Source of the DNA: Candidatus Oxydemutator sp. | GTDB lineage: Bacteria > Pseudomonadota > Gammaproteobacteria > Poriferisulfidales > Oxydemutatoraceae | Direction: 5' to 3' | DNA: 64,000 bases | Assembly: GCA_965203445.1 (NCBI GenBank) | Contig: OZ241883.1 | Coordinates: forward strand, 672,001-736,000 | Shown: positions 21,401-36,400 of the stretch, one piece after another | Position numbering within the stretch: position 1 is the first letter of the stretch | Layout of the letters: every line of letters begins with the position of its first letter | Translations under genes and position numbers: made by a program | Notes under the pieces: model-generated | The model's input: the letters and a program-made list of their open reading frames with translations, nothing else | Told to the model about the DNA's origin: nothing | Databases searched by the model: none

Positions 21401-24400
21401 CGTCCACGTGCAACTTGTTCCAACCCTCGTAGATGGTGCCCACCGCGGTGGTTGGAAAAAACAACTCGACCGACGCCTTCGACGCGTCGTCCGGACTCGG
21501 CGGATTCGTTCCGCAGCAACGGCTGCGGCCGCTGCGCTCTGCGTCAAAATAACTCGACTCCACCACGGCGCCGGCAGCCCTGTCCCCTATCAAACCGCCG
21601 ACCACCGCCCCGGTCGGTTTGCCGATGGAGTAACTGGCGCTCACCACCGACCCGGCACGGACTTCGCCTACCAGGCCGCCCACGTTACTTATATCAGCAT
21701 GCACTTCCGCGTCGGCGTAACTCGCGACCAACCTGCCGTGATGATCCCCTATCAAGCCGCCCACCCCCTGTTCGCCGGATACACTGCCATTACTCACGTA
21801 ACTCGCCGCCACTCTGCCATCGTTGCGTCCCACCAGCGCACCTGCAAAAACGCCACCGCCGCTACCGCGTACAACCAAGTCCAGCCGCGCGTTGCGCAAG
21901 CCCACGTTGCGGATCACGCCGTCGGCGCCGACGACGCCGAACAGACCCAGGTAATACCACTTCCCGCGCCTGGTCATCCGCAAATTGCTGATGACGTGGC
22001 CGTTGCCTTCAAAAACGGCGGTGTACGTATCTCCCGGAAGGTCTTCAAACCTGACCCCCCCGCCTAGCGGCGTCCAGTCCGGGATGCCGGACAAGTCCAG
22101 GTCGGCCGACAATTCGTAGCCGGTGCACGTGCCCGGACAGGTCCGCGTCTCGTCGTACAGGGGAAACGCCGCCCGATAAGCGGCCTCGTTGGCACTGCTC
22201 ACGCCCGCTATCCCGGCACCGCCCAGGTCGTGGCGAATCGCCGCCAACTGCGACGTCGTCGCCACCTCTATCAAGGCGTCGTCGTCGACGTCGTAATCTA
22301 TCTCGTCGCTCACCTCGATGGTGGTCATCACGGCGGAAACCGGCACGCCCAAACTCACGCGCTCCGGTGCCCCCGTGAGCCTCGCGCTGCTCAACGAGAC
22401 CACCAGGAACTCGGAAAACTCGGGCACGTCGTCGTCGCGCACCCTCAGCGAAAACGACGCGCTGCTCGCGCCGGACGCGATGACCACGCTGCCTGCGGTC
22501 GTGCCGACGAAGTCGGCGATGCCGACGGTGCCGCCGCCCGCCGCCCAATCCCAACTCGCACGCACCCCCGCCGGCAAGACCAGCGGCAAACTCACCACGT
22601 AACTCGCGGTGCCGCCTTCCGACACGGTCTCGCTCCCGACGAGCGTCACCGTAGGAGTTACCCCCTGCGCCTGCTGCTGCGACGTGCGACGCATCGCCCT
22701 GGTCTCGGTGGCGCCGCCGAACACCAGCACCGGGTAATCAAACACGCCGCCGAAGTCCCACGGCGCGTCGTCGTTGTAGTCGCCGTCGCGTCCCTGATCC
22801 ACGTCGTCCACGTTCAACTTATCCCAACCCTCGTAGATGGTGCCCGCCGCCGCGGTCGGGGCGTGCAACTGCAAGGAAGTCCTGGGCGCGGTGTCCGTAG
22901 TCGGTACGTTACCGGCGCCGCAACACGCGGACTGCCCGCTGCGCCCCTTGGCAAAGTAACTGCTCTCTATCGCGGTGGATGCAGCTACGTTGTAGCCCAC
23001 CAAACCGCCTCTGGTCAGATCCAGCAACCAAAAGGCGGGCGCAAGCCCCACCGCTCCCAATGAATAACTCGCCGTGATCTTCCCGCCGGAACCGTTACCA
23101 CCCACCAGACCGCCGGCACCGTCGGAACCCACCCCCACGATCACGTCGGTGTAACCGGCAATGATCGTTCCCCTATTGTCAGCCACCAGACCACCCACGC
23201 CCCAACCGCCGTACACCGTACCGCCCACCACGTAACTCGCCGCCACCTTGCCGCCGTAATTGGCACCCGCCAACGCGCCCGTCTGTACGCTGTTCCTATG
23301 CACGCCCACGTCCACGTTCGTCAAACCCACGTTGCGGATGACACCGTCGTCGCTCAACGCGCGGAACAAGCCCACAAAGTGCCAAATTTCATTCAGGGCA
23401 CCCACTTTCATATTGCTGATAACGTGGCCGTTGCCCTCGAACACCGCGTTGTAACGGTGCTCCTCAGGCAGCACGTTGCCACTGGCGATGGACCTGCGCT
23501 CGCCACCCCCTATCGGCTTCCAGTCCTCCCCCGACAGGTCTATATCGTTCGACAATTCGTAACCGGTGCACGTGCTGGGACAGGTGCGCCTCTCATCGAA
23601 AAAGGGAAACGCCCGGTCATACTCAATCAGGTCGTCTGCCTCACCTACGCTGATCCTGCCCCCACCTCTCAAGTCATAGCGTATCGCCGCCAGCTGCGAC
23701 GTCGTCGCCACCTCTATCAAGGTGTCGTCGTCGACGTCGTAATCTCTTCCGACCCCGTCGCTTAACTCGACGACGGTCCTGACGGAAACCGGCGCGCCTA
23801 AATCCACATCACGCGCAGGCACCCCCGTGAGCCTCGCGCCCGTCAACGTTACCACCAGAACCTCGGACGGCTCGGGCACGTCGTCATCAAGCACTGTCAC
23901 CGAAAACGACGCGCTGACGGCGCCCGCGGCGATGACCACGCTGCCCGCGGTCGTGCCGACAAAGTCGGCGATGTCGACTTCGCCGCCCACCGTCCAACTC
24001 CAACTCACCGTCACCCCCGCCGGCAAGACCTCCGGCAGGCGCACCACGTAACTCGCGGTGCCACCTTCCGGCACCGTCGCGCTGCCGGTGAGCGTCGGCG
24101 CAAGAATTACCCGCGGCTGCGCCTCCTGCTGCGACGTGCGACGCATCGCCCTGGTCTCGGTAGCGCCGCCGAACACCAGCACCGGATAATCGAACACGCC
24201 GCCGAAATCCCACGGCGCGTCGTCGTTGTAGTCGCCGTCGCGTCCCTGATCCAGGCGGTCCACGTTCAACTGGTCCCAGCCCTCGTAGATGGTGCCCGCG
24301 GCCGTGGTCGGGACGCGCAACTCGCCCGACGTCTTCGGGGCGACGTTGTTCAAAGCACCCGGGTTCGTTCCACAGCAACCGGCCCGTAGGCTGCGCTTCG

Positions 24401-27400
24401 TATCAAAATAACTGGACTCCACCACGGCGCCGACTGCCCTTTGCCCTATCAAGCCGCCGACGGTATTCCCCGTCGGTTTTCCGACCGAGTAACTGGCGCT
24501 CACCACCGATGGAACAAAGGCTTGGCCTACCAGACCGCCCACGGTACCTCCACCGGCATGCACTTCCACGTCGGCATAACTCGCCACCAAGCGGCCGTAA
24601 TGACCCCCTATCAAACCACCCACCCCCCATACGCCGGATATGCGACCGCCACTGACGTAACTCGCCGCCACTTCGCCGTCGTTGCGGCCCACCAGCGCTC
24701 CTATAAAAGTACTATGATCGCCCAGGGACACCCGCGCGTTGCGCAAGCCCACGTTGTGGATCACGCCGCCGGCGCCGACGGCGCCAAACAAACCCGCGTG
24801 AGACAACCGTCCACCCCTGGCCACCCGCAGATTGCTGACGACGTGGCCGTTGCCTTCAAAAACAGCGGTGTAATAATTATCCAGAAGGCTGTCCCCTCCC
24901 CCGCCCAGCGGCGTCCAGCCCGCGCCCGGGGCCGGGTTCACGCTGGACAAATCCAGGTCGGCCGACAACTCGTAGCCGGTGCACGTGCTGAGACAGGTGC
25001 GCATCTCATCGAAAAAGGGAAACGCCGCCCGATAAGCACTCCTGTTGGCACCGCCGCTGACGCCCGCTAATCCGGCACCGCCCAGGTCGTAGCGGATCGC
25101 CGCCAACTGCGACGTCGTCGCCACCTCTATCAAGGTGTCGTCGTCGGCGTCGTAGTCGGTGCCTTCGCTCATCTCGATGGTGGTCACCTGGGGAGTCGTG
25201 CCCCTCGATGCCACCTCCGCTCCCACGTCCGCGACCAGGTTCACGCTCACCTGGAAGCGCTCCGGGTATTCCGCGTCCTGGTCATCGAAAACGTGAACCG
25301 AAAACGTCGTCCTGCTGCCGCCCGTCATGATGATCGCGGTGCCGGTCGGAAAATCGGCCAGCGCCGTCGTTGCCGTGGCGTCGGCGCGAAAATCCCCGGG
25401 CGCCGCGCCGTCGCTCCCGGCCGCCGCGGAAACGACCCAACTCACGGTAACCGGACGGGGCACCTCGATGGGCACGCCCACGGTGTACTCCGCCGTTGCT
25501 CCCTCGGCCACCGTCGCGCTCCCCCTCAAGGTCACCACCTGCTGCACCCCGATCTGCGATGCCCGACGTGCCGACCTCGTGCCGGTAGCACCGCCGAACA
25601 CCAACACCGGGTAATCAAACTCGGTGCCAAAATCCCACGGCGCGTCGTCGTTGTAGTCGCCGTCGCGTCCCTGATCGACGCGATCCACGTTCAACTGGTC
25701 CCAGCCCTCGTAGAGGGTGCCCGTCGCCGTGGTCGGGATGCGCAAATCGTTCGACGTCCTCGGGGCGTCGTCCGGACTCGGCCATCTCTCTCCGCAGCAT
25801 CGGTGCTCGCCGCTGCGCACGCCGTCGAAGTAACTTGCGCTCAATACGCTGCTTCCCGAGCGCCCGCCCACCAGACCGCCTACCGAACGTGAATTGTCGC
25901 TTCTCACCACCCTGCTCACAGAGTAACTCGCGCTCACCACCCCGGAACCAGACAAACTGCCCACCAATCCGCCCAATGACCGATCCGTCGCAGCCACCGA
26001 TACGTCCGCGTAACTCGCTATCAACGTGCCGCCGTTGGCCCCCGTCAGACCCCCCACCTCCCAACCGCCGCTCACCGATCCACCCGACACGTAACTCGCC
26101 GCCACCCGCCCATAACTATGACCCACCAAGGCGCCCGCTCCTATGCTACCGCTGAAGCCTCCCCGCACGTCCACGACCACGTCCCGCAGACCCACGCCCC
26201 GCACCCAGCCGGCCTCGCCCAACGCGCCGAACAAGCCGACATAATGCCAATTCTGCGACGGGCTGCGGATACGCATGTTCCTGATCACGTGACCGTTGCC
26301 CTCGAAGCCCCCCTGGTAGCGGCCATCCAGGGGCGGGGTGTTGCTGTTGCCCGGCCCCACCCGGCTGCGCCGAGTAGCGCCGCCTATCGGCGTCCAGTCC
26401 ACGCCGGACAGGTCCAGGTCGGCCGATAACTCGTAACCGGTGCACGTTCCGGGGCAGGTCTGCTCCACGTCGAAAAAGGGAAACGCCGCCAGATAAGCGG
26501 CCCTGTTCGCATCGCCGCCCACGCCCGCCAGCCCGGCGCCGCCCAAGTCGTGGCGGATCGCCGCCAACTGCGACGTCGTCGCCACCTCTATCAAGCCGTC
26601 GTTGTCTACGTCGTAGCCTATCCCGTCGCTCGCCTCGATCGTGGTCCTGACGGAAACCGGCACGCCCAAACTCACACTGCGCGCGGGCGCTCCCACGAGC
26701 CTCGCGCTGCTCAACGTTACCACCAGTACCTCGAACGACTCGGGCACGGCGTCGTCGCGCACCCTCAGCGAAAACGACGCGCTGACGGCGCCCGAGGCGA
26801 TGACCACGCTGCCTGCGGTCGTGCCGACGAAGTCGGCGGCGCTGACGTCGCCGCCCACCGTCCAACTCCAACTCACGGTCACCCCCGTCGGCAAGACCAC
26901 CGGCAAGCGCACCACGTAACTCGCGGTGCCGCCTTCCGCCACGGTCTCGCTCCCGGCGAGCGTCGCCGCAAGACTTACCCGCGGCCGCGCCTGCTGCTGC
27001 GACGTGCGACGCATCGCCCTGGTCTCGGTGGCGCCGCCGAACACCAACACCGGGTAATCAAACACGCCGCCGAAGTCCCACGGCGCGTCGTCGTTGTAGT
27101 CGCCGTCGCCGCCCTGATCCACGTCGTCCACGTTCAACCGGTCCCAACCCTCATAGATGGTGCCCGCGGCCGCGGTCGGGGCGCGCAACTGAAAGGAAGT
27201 CCTGGGCGCGGTGTCCGTAGTCGGTACGTTACCGGCGCCGCAACACGCGGACCGTCTGCTGAGCCCTTTGGCAAAGTAACTGCTCTCTATCGCGGTGGAT
27301 GCAGCCGTGTTGTAGCCCACCAAACCGCCTCTGGTCAGATCCAGCAGCCAAAAGGCGGGCGCAAGCCCCACCACTCCCAATGAATAACTTGCCGTGATCT

Positions 27401-30400
27401 TCCCGCCGGAACCGTTACCACCCACCAGACCGCCGGCACCGTCGGAACCCACCCCCACGGCTACGTCGGTGTAACCGGCAATGATCGTTCCTCTATTGTC
27501 GGCTACCAGACCGCCCACGCCCCAACCGCCGTACACCGTACCGCCCACCACGTAACTCGCCGCCACCTTGCCGCCGTAATTGGCACCCGCCAACGCGCCC
27601 GTCTGTACGCTGTTCCGATGCACGCCCACGTCCACGTTCGTCAAACCCACGTTGCGGATGACACCGTCGTCGCTCAACGCGCGGAACAAGCCCACAAAGT
27701 GCCAAATTTCATTCAGGGCACCCACTTTCATATTGCTGATAACGTGGCCGTTGCCCTCGAACACCGCGTTGTAACGGTGCTCCTCAGGCAGCACGTTGCC
27801 AGCGGCGACGGAGATGGACCTGCGCTCGCCGCCCCCTATCGGCTCCCAGTCCTCTCCTGACAGGTCTATATCGTTCGACAATTCGTAACCGGTGCACGTG
27901 CCCGGGCAGCTGCGCCTCTCATCGAAAAAGGGAAACGCCGCAAAATAATGGGCCTTGTCGTTGCCATCGTCGCTCACGCCCGCTGGCCCGACACCGCCCA
28001 GGTCATAGCGTATCGCCGCCAACTGCGACGTCGTCGCCACCTCTATCAAACCGTCGTCGTCGACGTCGTAGTCTCTTCCGGCCCCGTCGCTTAACTCGAT
28101 GATGGTCCTGACGGAAACCGAAACCGGCCCGCTTACACTCACGCTACGCGCGGGCGCCCCCGTGAGCCTCGCGCTCGTCAGCGTTACCACCAGTACCTCG
28201 CGCGACTCGGGCACGCCGTCAGCGCGCACTATCAACGAAAACGACGCGCTGACGGCGCCCGAGGCGATGACCACGCTGCCTGCGGTCGTGCCGACAAAAT
28301 CGGCGACGTCGACTTCGCCGCCCACCGCCCAACTCCAACTCATGGTCACCCCCATCGGCAAGGCCTCCGACAAGCGCACCACGTAACTCGCGACCTCGCC
28401 TTCCGACACCGTCGCGCTGCCGGCGAGCGTCGGCGCAAGAATTACCCGCGGCTGCGCCTCCTGCTGCGACGTGCGACGCATCGCCCTGGTCTCGGTAGCG
28501 CCGCCGAACACCAACACCGGATAATCAAACGCGCTGCCGAAATCCCACGGCGCGTCGTCGTTGTAGTCGCCGTCGCGTCCCTGATCCACGTCGTCCACGT
28601 TCAACTGGTCCCAACCCTCGTAGATGGTGCCCGCCGCCGCGGTCGGCGCGCGCAACTGAGAGAACGTCTTGGGCGCGTTGTCCGTAGTCGGTTTATTGTT
28701 GCCGCAACACGCGGACTGACCGCTGCGCCCTTTGTCAAAATAGCTTATCTGTATCGTACCGGAACTATGATCCCCGACCAGACCGCCGGATGCAGAACCT
28801 GACAGGCCGCTGCCGTTCCTTGTCAGCCTCGAAACCGCGTAGCTGGCGCTGACTATGCCGCCGTTCACAACGCCGCCTATCAACCCCCCCACGCTTTGCC
28901 CTGGAAACCACTGATGCACCGGCACGTCCGCATAACTGGCAATCACGACGCCCCCGTCCAATCTGCCTACCAGACCGCCCAAGGCCCATCCACCGCGCAC
29001 TACTGTGCCACCGTTCACCACGTAACACGCCGCCACCTTGCCCGCGTTGTACCCCGCCAACGCGCCCGCCCCTACGCTGCTGCCGGCCATGTTCGTATGC
29101 ACGTTGTTCAAGCCCAAGTTGCGGATGGTGCCGCCTGCACCCACGGCGCCAAAAAAGCCCACGCTATCGAAGCGGCCGGCTGCATTGTTTGGGCCGATTA
29201 TCGTTACATTGCTGATGACGTGGCCGTTGCCTTCAAAAACGGCCTGGTAACGCCGCTCCGGGGGAATATCCCAAGGGGCGCGCGTAATCCCCCCGCCTAT
29301 CGGCGTCCAGTTCGGTATGCCGGACAAGTCCAGGTCGTTCGACAGCTCGTAGCCGGTGCACGTGCTGGGACAGGTGCGCTCCGCGTCGAAAAAGGGAAAC
29401 GCCGCCAGATAAGCGGCCCTGTTGGCACTGCTCACGCCCGCTGACCCGACACCGCCCAGGTCGTAGCGAATCGCCGCCAACTGCGACGTCGTCGCCACCT
29501 CTATCAAGTTGTCGCCGTCGTCGTCGTAGTCTATCTCGTCGCTCGCCTCGACGGTGGTCCTGAGCGGAGCCGGCACGCCCAAACCCACGTGCGCAGGCGC
29601 CCCCGTGAGCCTCGCGCCCGTCAACGAGATCACCAGGACCTCGGACAACTCGGGGGCGTCGTCGTCTAACACTACCAACGAAAACGACGCGCTGACGGCG
29701 CCGGAACCGATGACCACGCTGCCGCCGCTCGGATCCACGAAGCCGCCGCGCACGGCCCAATCCCAACGCGCGCTCACCCCCGCCGGCAAGGCCTCCGGCA
29801 AACTCACCACGTAGCTCGCGCCCTCGCCTTCCGACACCGTCGCGCTGCCGGTGAGCGCCGCCGCAAGAATTATCCCCTGCGCCTCCAGCTGCAACGTGCG
29901 ACGCGCCTGCCTCGTCTCGGTAGCACCGCCGAACACCAGCACCGGGTAATCAAACACGCTGCCGAAATCCCACGGCGCGTCGTCGTTCAGATCATCGTCG
30001 CCACCCTGATCGACGTCGTCCACGTTCAACTGGTCCCAACCCTCGTAGATGGTGCCCGCCGCGGTGGTCGGGACGCGCAACTCGCTCGATGTCTTCGGGG
30101 TGTCGTCCGGACTCGGCGGATTCGTTCCGCAGCAACTGCTCTGGCCGCTGCGCTCGGTGTCAAAATAACTCGACTCCAGCGCGGCGCCGACTATCCTGTC
30201 CCCTATCAAGCCGCCGACCAAGCCGCTCCCCGTCGTTGCCCCGAGGGAGTAACTGGCGCTCACTACCGACGCGCCACCGCTTGCGCCCACCAGACCGCCC
30301 CCGGTATTCACGTCTACGTGCACCTCCACGTCGGCGTAACTCGCCACCACCACACCGTAATTACCCCCCACCAAACCGCCCACCGTCTCTTCGCCGGATA

Positions 30401-33400
30401 CGCGACCGCCAATCACGTAACTCGCCGCCACCTTGCCCTCGTTGCGGCCCACCAGCGCACCTACCTGATTGCCACCATCACTGCCCGGTACACCCGCGGC
30501 CAGCTCCACCCGCGCGTTGCGCAAGCCCACGTTGCGGATCACGCCGACGGCGCTCACGGCGCCGAACAAGCCCATGTGATACGACTCCCCGTCCCTGGTC
30601 ATCTGCAAATTGCTGATGACGTGGCCGTTGCCTTCAAAAACGGCGCTGTAATAATCCGCATCCCTCAGCCGGGAGTCAAAATCGCCGCCGCCGCCCAGCG
30701 GTGTCCAGTCCGGGATGCCGGACAAGTCCAGATCGCCCGACAACTCATAGCCGGTGCACGTGCTGGGACAGGTCTGCACCGCACCGAAAACGGGAAACGC
30801 CGCAAAATAAGCGGCCCTGTTGGCACTGCTCACGCCCGCCAGCCCGACACCGCCCAGGTCGTGGCCGATCGCCGCCAACTGCGACGTCGTCGCCACCTCT
30901 ATCAAACCGTCGTTGTCGTCGTCGTAGTCTATCTCGTCGCTCGCCTCGATCGTGGTCCTGACGGAAACCGGCACGCCCAGATCCACACCACGCGCGGGCG
31001 CCCCCGTGAGCCTCGCGCCCGTCAACGTTACCACCAGAACCTCGGAAAACTCGGGCACGTCGTCATCGAGCACCGTCACCGAAAACGACGCGCTGACGGC
31101 GCCGGAACCGATGACTACGACGCCGGTCGTGCCGACAAAGTCGGCAATGCTGACCTCGCCGCCGCCCACGACCCAATCCCAACGCACGGTTGCCTCCGCC
31201 GGCAAGACCTCCGGCAAACTCACCACGTAACTCGCCGCTTCGCCTTCCGACACGGTAACGCTGCCGGTGAGCGTCGCCGCAAGAATTACCTGCGGCTGCG
31301 CCTGCTGCTGCGACGTGCGGCGCATCGCCATAGTCTCGGTAGCGCCGCCGAACACCAGCACCGGATAATCAAACACGCTGCCGAAATCCCACGGCGCGTC
31401 GTCGTTCAGATCATCGTCGCCCCCCTGATCCACGTCGTCCACGTTCAACTGGTCCCAACCCGCGTAGATGGTGCCCGCGGTCGTCGTCGGGGTGCGCAAC
31501 TCGCTCGACGTCTTCGAGGTGTTGTCCGGACTCGGCACACTCCTTCCGCAGCATCTGCTCTGGCCGCTGCGCCCTACGTCAAAATAACTCGACTCCAGCG
31601 CGGCGCCGACTATCCTGTCCCCTATCAAGCCGCCGACCAAGTCGCTCCCCGTCGTTGCCCCGAGGGAGTAACTGGCGCTCACCACCGACGCGCCACCGCT
31701 TGCGCCCACCAGACCGCCCCCGGTATTCACGTCTACGTGCACCTCCACGTCGGCGTAACTCGCCACCACCACACCGTAATTACCCCCCACCAAACCGCCC
31801 ACCACCTCTACGCCGGATACGCGACCGCCAATCACGTAACTCGCCGCCACCTTGCCCTCGTTGCGGCCCACCAGCGCACCTACCTGATTGCCGCCATCAC
31901 CACCCGGTACAACCGCGGCCAGCTCCACCCGCGCGTTGCGCAAGCCCACGTTGCGGATCACGCCGCCGGCGCTCACCGCGCCGAACAAACCCATGTGATG
32001 CGACTCCCCGTCCCTGGTCATCGTCAGATTGCTGATGACGTGGCCGTTGCCTTCAAAAACGGCGCTGTAATAATCCGCATCCCTCAACCGGGAGTCAAAA
32101 TCGCCGCCGCCGCCCAGCGGCGTCCAGTCCGGGATGCCGGACAAGTCCAGGTCGGCCGATAACTCGTAGCCGGTGCACGTACTGGGGCAGGTCTGCACCT
32201 CACCGAAAAGGGGAAACGCCGCAAAATAAGCGGCCCTGTTGGCACTGCTCACGCCCGCTATCCCGGCACCGCCCAGGTCGTGGCCGATCGCCGCCAACTG
32301 CGACGTCGTCGCCACCTCTATCAAACCGTCGTCGTCGACGTCGTAGTCCATCTCGTAGCTCGCCTCGACGGTGGTCCTGACCGGAGCCAGCACGCCCAAA
32401 CCCACGTGCTTTAACGTCCCCGTGAGCCTTGCGCCCGTCAACGAGATCACCAGAACCTCGGAAAACTCGGGCACGTCGTCATCGAGCACTGTCACCGAAA
32501 ACGACGCGCTGACGGCGCCCGGGCCGATGACCACGGTGCCGCTTCTCGGGTACACAAAGCCGCCGCGCACGGCCCAATCCCAACGCGCGCTCGCCCCCGC
32601 CGGCAAGACTATCGGCAAGCGCACCACGTAACGCGCGACCTCGCCTTCCGACACCGTCACGCTGCCGGTGAACGTCGCCGCAAGAGTTACCCGCGGCTGC
32701 GCCTCCAGCTGCGATACGCGACGCGCCTGCCTGGTGTCGGTAGCACCGCCGAACACCAGCACCGGGTAATCAAGGACGCTGCCGAAGTCCCACGGCGCGT
32801 CGTCGTTGTAGTCGCGGTCGCCACCCTGATCCACGCCGTCCACGTTCAACTGGTCCCAACCCGCGTAGATGGTGCCCGCGGCGGCGGTGGGCGCGCGCAA
32901 CTGGCTCGACGTCTTCGAGGTGTCGTCCGGACTCGGCGGATTCGACCCGCAGCAACGGCTCTGACCGCTGCGCCCGCCGTCAAAATAACTCGACTCCAGC
33001 GCGGCACCGACTATCCTGTCCCCTATCAAGCCGCCGACCAAGTCGGTGCCCGTCGTTGCCCCGATGGAGTAACTGGCGCTCACTACCGACGCGCCACCGC
33101 TTGCGCCCACCAGACCGCCCACGGTACCCAATCCATGCACTTCCACGTCGGCGTAACTCGCCACCACTCTGCCGAAATGAGACCCTATCAAGCCGCCCAC
33201 CGAAAACGCGCCGGATACGCGACCGCCACTGACGTAACTCGCCGCCACTTTGCCCCGGTTGGAACCCACCAGCGCGCCTATATAAGTACCGTTATTACCC
33301 ACGCTCACCCGCGCGTTGCGCAAACCCACGTTGCGGATCACGCCGACGTCGCTGACGACGCCGAACAAACCCATGCTGTACCACGGGCGATCATTCCTGG

Positions 33401-36400
33401 TTATCGTCAGATCGCTGATAACGCGGCCGTTGCCCTCAAAAACGGCGCTGTAAGGATTCCTCAAACGGTGCGTGAGCGTGGTGGCCTCTCCGCCTATCGG
33501 CGTCCAGTTCGAGCCGGACAGATTCAGGTCGGCCGATAGCTCGTAGCCGGTGCACGTTCTCGGACAGGTCCGCGCCTTGTCGAAAAGGGGAAACGCCGCC
33601 AGATAATCATCCCTGTTCGCATCGCCCACGACGCCCGCCAGCCCGGCGCCGCCCAGGTCGTGGCGAATCGCCGCCAACTGCGACGTCGTCGCCACCTCTA
33701 TCAAGGTGTCGCCGTCGAGGTCGTAGCCGGTGCCGTCGCTGAACTCGATGGTGGTCATCACGGAAACCACGCCTGAAGTCACGTACGCGGGCGCCCCCGT
33801 GAGCCTCGCGCCCGTCAACGTCACCACCAGAACCTCGGGCGACTCGAGCACCGCGTCATCGAAGACCCTGACCGAAAACGACGCGCTGACGGCGCCCGAG
33901 GCGATGACCACGCTGCCCGCGGTGGTGCCGACAAAATCGTCGGCGCCGACGTCGCCGCCACCCACCACCCAACTCCAACTCGTGGCTACCCCCGTCGGCA
34001 AGGCTATCGGAAAACTCACCACGTAACTCGCTACCTCGCCTTCCGACACCGTCTCGCTGCCGGCGAGCGTCGGCGTAAGAATTATCCTCTGCGCCTGCCG
34101 CTGCGACGTGCGACGCGCCTGCACCGTCTCGGTAGAGCCGCCGAACACCAGCACCGGGTAATCAAACGCGCCGCCGAAATCCCACGGCGCGTCGTCGTAC
34201 AGGTCGCCGTCGTCTCCCCGATCCACGTCGTCCACGTTCAACTGGTTCCAACCCTCGTAGATGGTGCCCGCCGCGGTAGTCGGAAAAAACAACTCGACCG
34301 ACGCCTTCGAGGCGTCGTCCGGAGTCGGCGGATTCGACCCGCAGCAACGGTTCTGACCGCTGCGCTCCCGGTCAAAATAACTGGACTCCACGACGGCGCC
34401 GACTACCCTGTTCCCTATCAAACCGCCGACCGTGTCCCTCCCCGTCGTTGCCCCGACCGAGTAACTGGCGCTCACCACCGACGCGCCAGCGGCTTCGCCT
34501 ACCAGACCGCCCACGTTACTTTCCTCTGCATGCACTTCCACGTCGGCGTAACTCGCCACCAACCTGCCGCGATGATCCCCTATCAGGCCGCCCACCGCGG
34601 AGGCGCCGGATATGCGACCGCCACTGACGTAACTCGCCGCCACCTGGCCGTCGTTGCGGCCCACCAGCGCTCCCATTTGCCCGCTGTCACCACCCAGGTT
34701 CACCCGCGCGTTGCGCAAGCCCACGTTGCGGATGGTGCCGACGGCGCTCACGGCGCCGAACAAACCCACGTGATACCGCCGCCCGCCCCCGGTCACCCGC
34801 AAATTGCTGATGACGTGGCCGTTGCCTTCAAAAACGGCGGTGTAATAGTCCACCGGATCTTCGACCTGCGAACCTCCGCCTAACGGCGTCCAGTCCGGGA
34901 TGCCGGACAGATCCAGGTCGGCCGATAGCTCATAGCCGGTGCACGTGCCGGGACAAGTCTGCTCCACGTCGAAAAAGGGAAACGCCGCAAAATAATCGGG
35001 CCTGTTCGCGTCGCTCACGCCCGCCATCCCGACACCGCCCAGGTCGTAGCGGATCGCCGCCAACTGCGACGTCGTCGCCACCTCTATCAAGGTGTCGCCA
35101 TCGTCGTCGTAGTCTATCTTGTCGCTCGCCTCGACGGTGGTCCTGACCGGAAACGGCACGCCCAGACCCACGTGCGCGGGCGCCCCCGTGAGCCTCGCGC
35201 CCGTCAACGCAACCACCAGGATCCCGGACAAATCGGGGACCTCGTCATCGAGCACTACCAACGAAAACGACGCGCTGACGGCGCCGGGCGCGATGACCAC
35301 GCTGCCGCTGCTCGGCTCCACCAAGTCGCCGCGCGCGGCCCAATTCCAACGCGCGCTCACCCCCGCCGGCAAGGCCTCCGGCAAACTCACCACGTAACTC
35401 GCGGTGTCGCCTTCCGACACCGTTTCGCTGCCGACGAACGTCGGCACAAGAATGACCCCCTGCGCCTGCTGCTGCGACGTGCGACGCGTCGCCCTCACGT
35501 CGGTAGCGCCGCCGAATACCAATACCGGGTAATCAAACGCGCTGCCGAAATCCCACGGCGCGTCGTCGTTGAAATCGCCGTCGCCGTGCTGATCAACGTC
35601 GTCCACGTTCAACTTGTCCCAACCCTCGTAGATGGTGCCCGTCGCGGTGGTCGGGGCGCGCAACTCGCTCGATGTCTTCGAGGTGTTGTCCGGACTCGGC
35701 ACGTTCGTTGCGCAGCAATCACTCTGGCCGCTGCGCTCGCTGTCAAAATAACTGGACTCCACCACGGCGCCGACGTCCTTAGTCCCTAGCAAGCCGCCGA
35801 TCACCCCCCCCGTCAGTCTGCCGACGGAGTAGCTGGCGCTCACCACCGACGCGCCGCCGGCTTCACCGACCAGGCCGCCCGCGTTGCTTCGACGCACGTG
35901 CACTTCCACGTCGGCGTAACTCGCCACCACGCTGCCGAAATTACCCCCTATCAAGCCACCCACCGCAAATACGCCGGATATGCGACCACCACTGACGTAA
36001 CTCGCCGCCACCTTGCCCTCGTTGCGGCCCACCAGCGCACCTGTAAACTCGCTGTCACTACCCAGGTTCACCCGCGCGTTACGCAAGCCCACGTTGCGGA
36101 TGATGCCGCCGGCGCCGACGGCGCCGAACAAACCCACGTGGTACCACGACCCACCCCTGGCCACCCGCAGATTGCTGACGACGTGGCCGTTGCCTTCAAA
36201 AACGGCGGTATAAGTATCCACCGGAGCTTCGACCTGCGAGCCGCCGCCCAGCGGCTTCCAGTCCGGGATGTCGGACAGATCCAGATCATTAGACAGCTCG
36301 TAGCCGGTGCACGTGCTGGGACAGGTCTGCTTGTCGTCGAAAAAGGGAAACGCCGCCAGATAAGCGGCCCTGTCGGCACTGCTCACGCCCGCTATCCCGA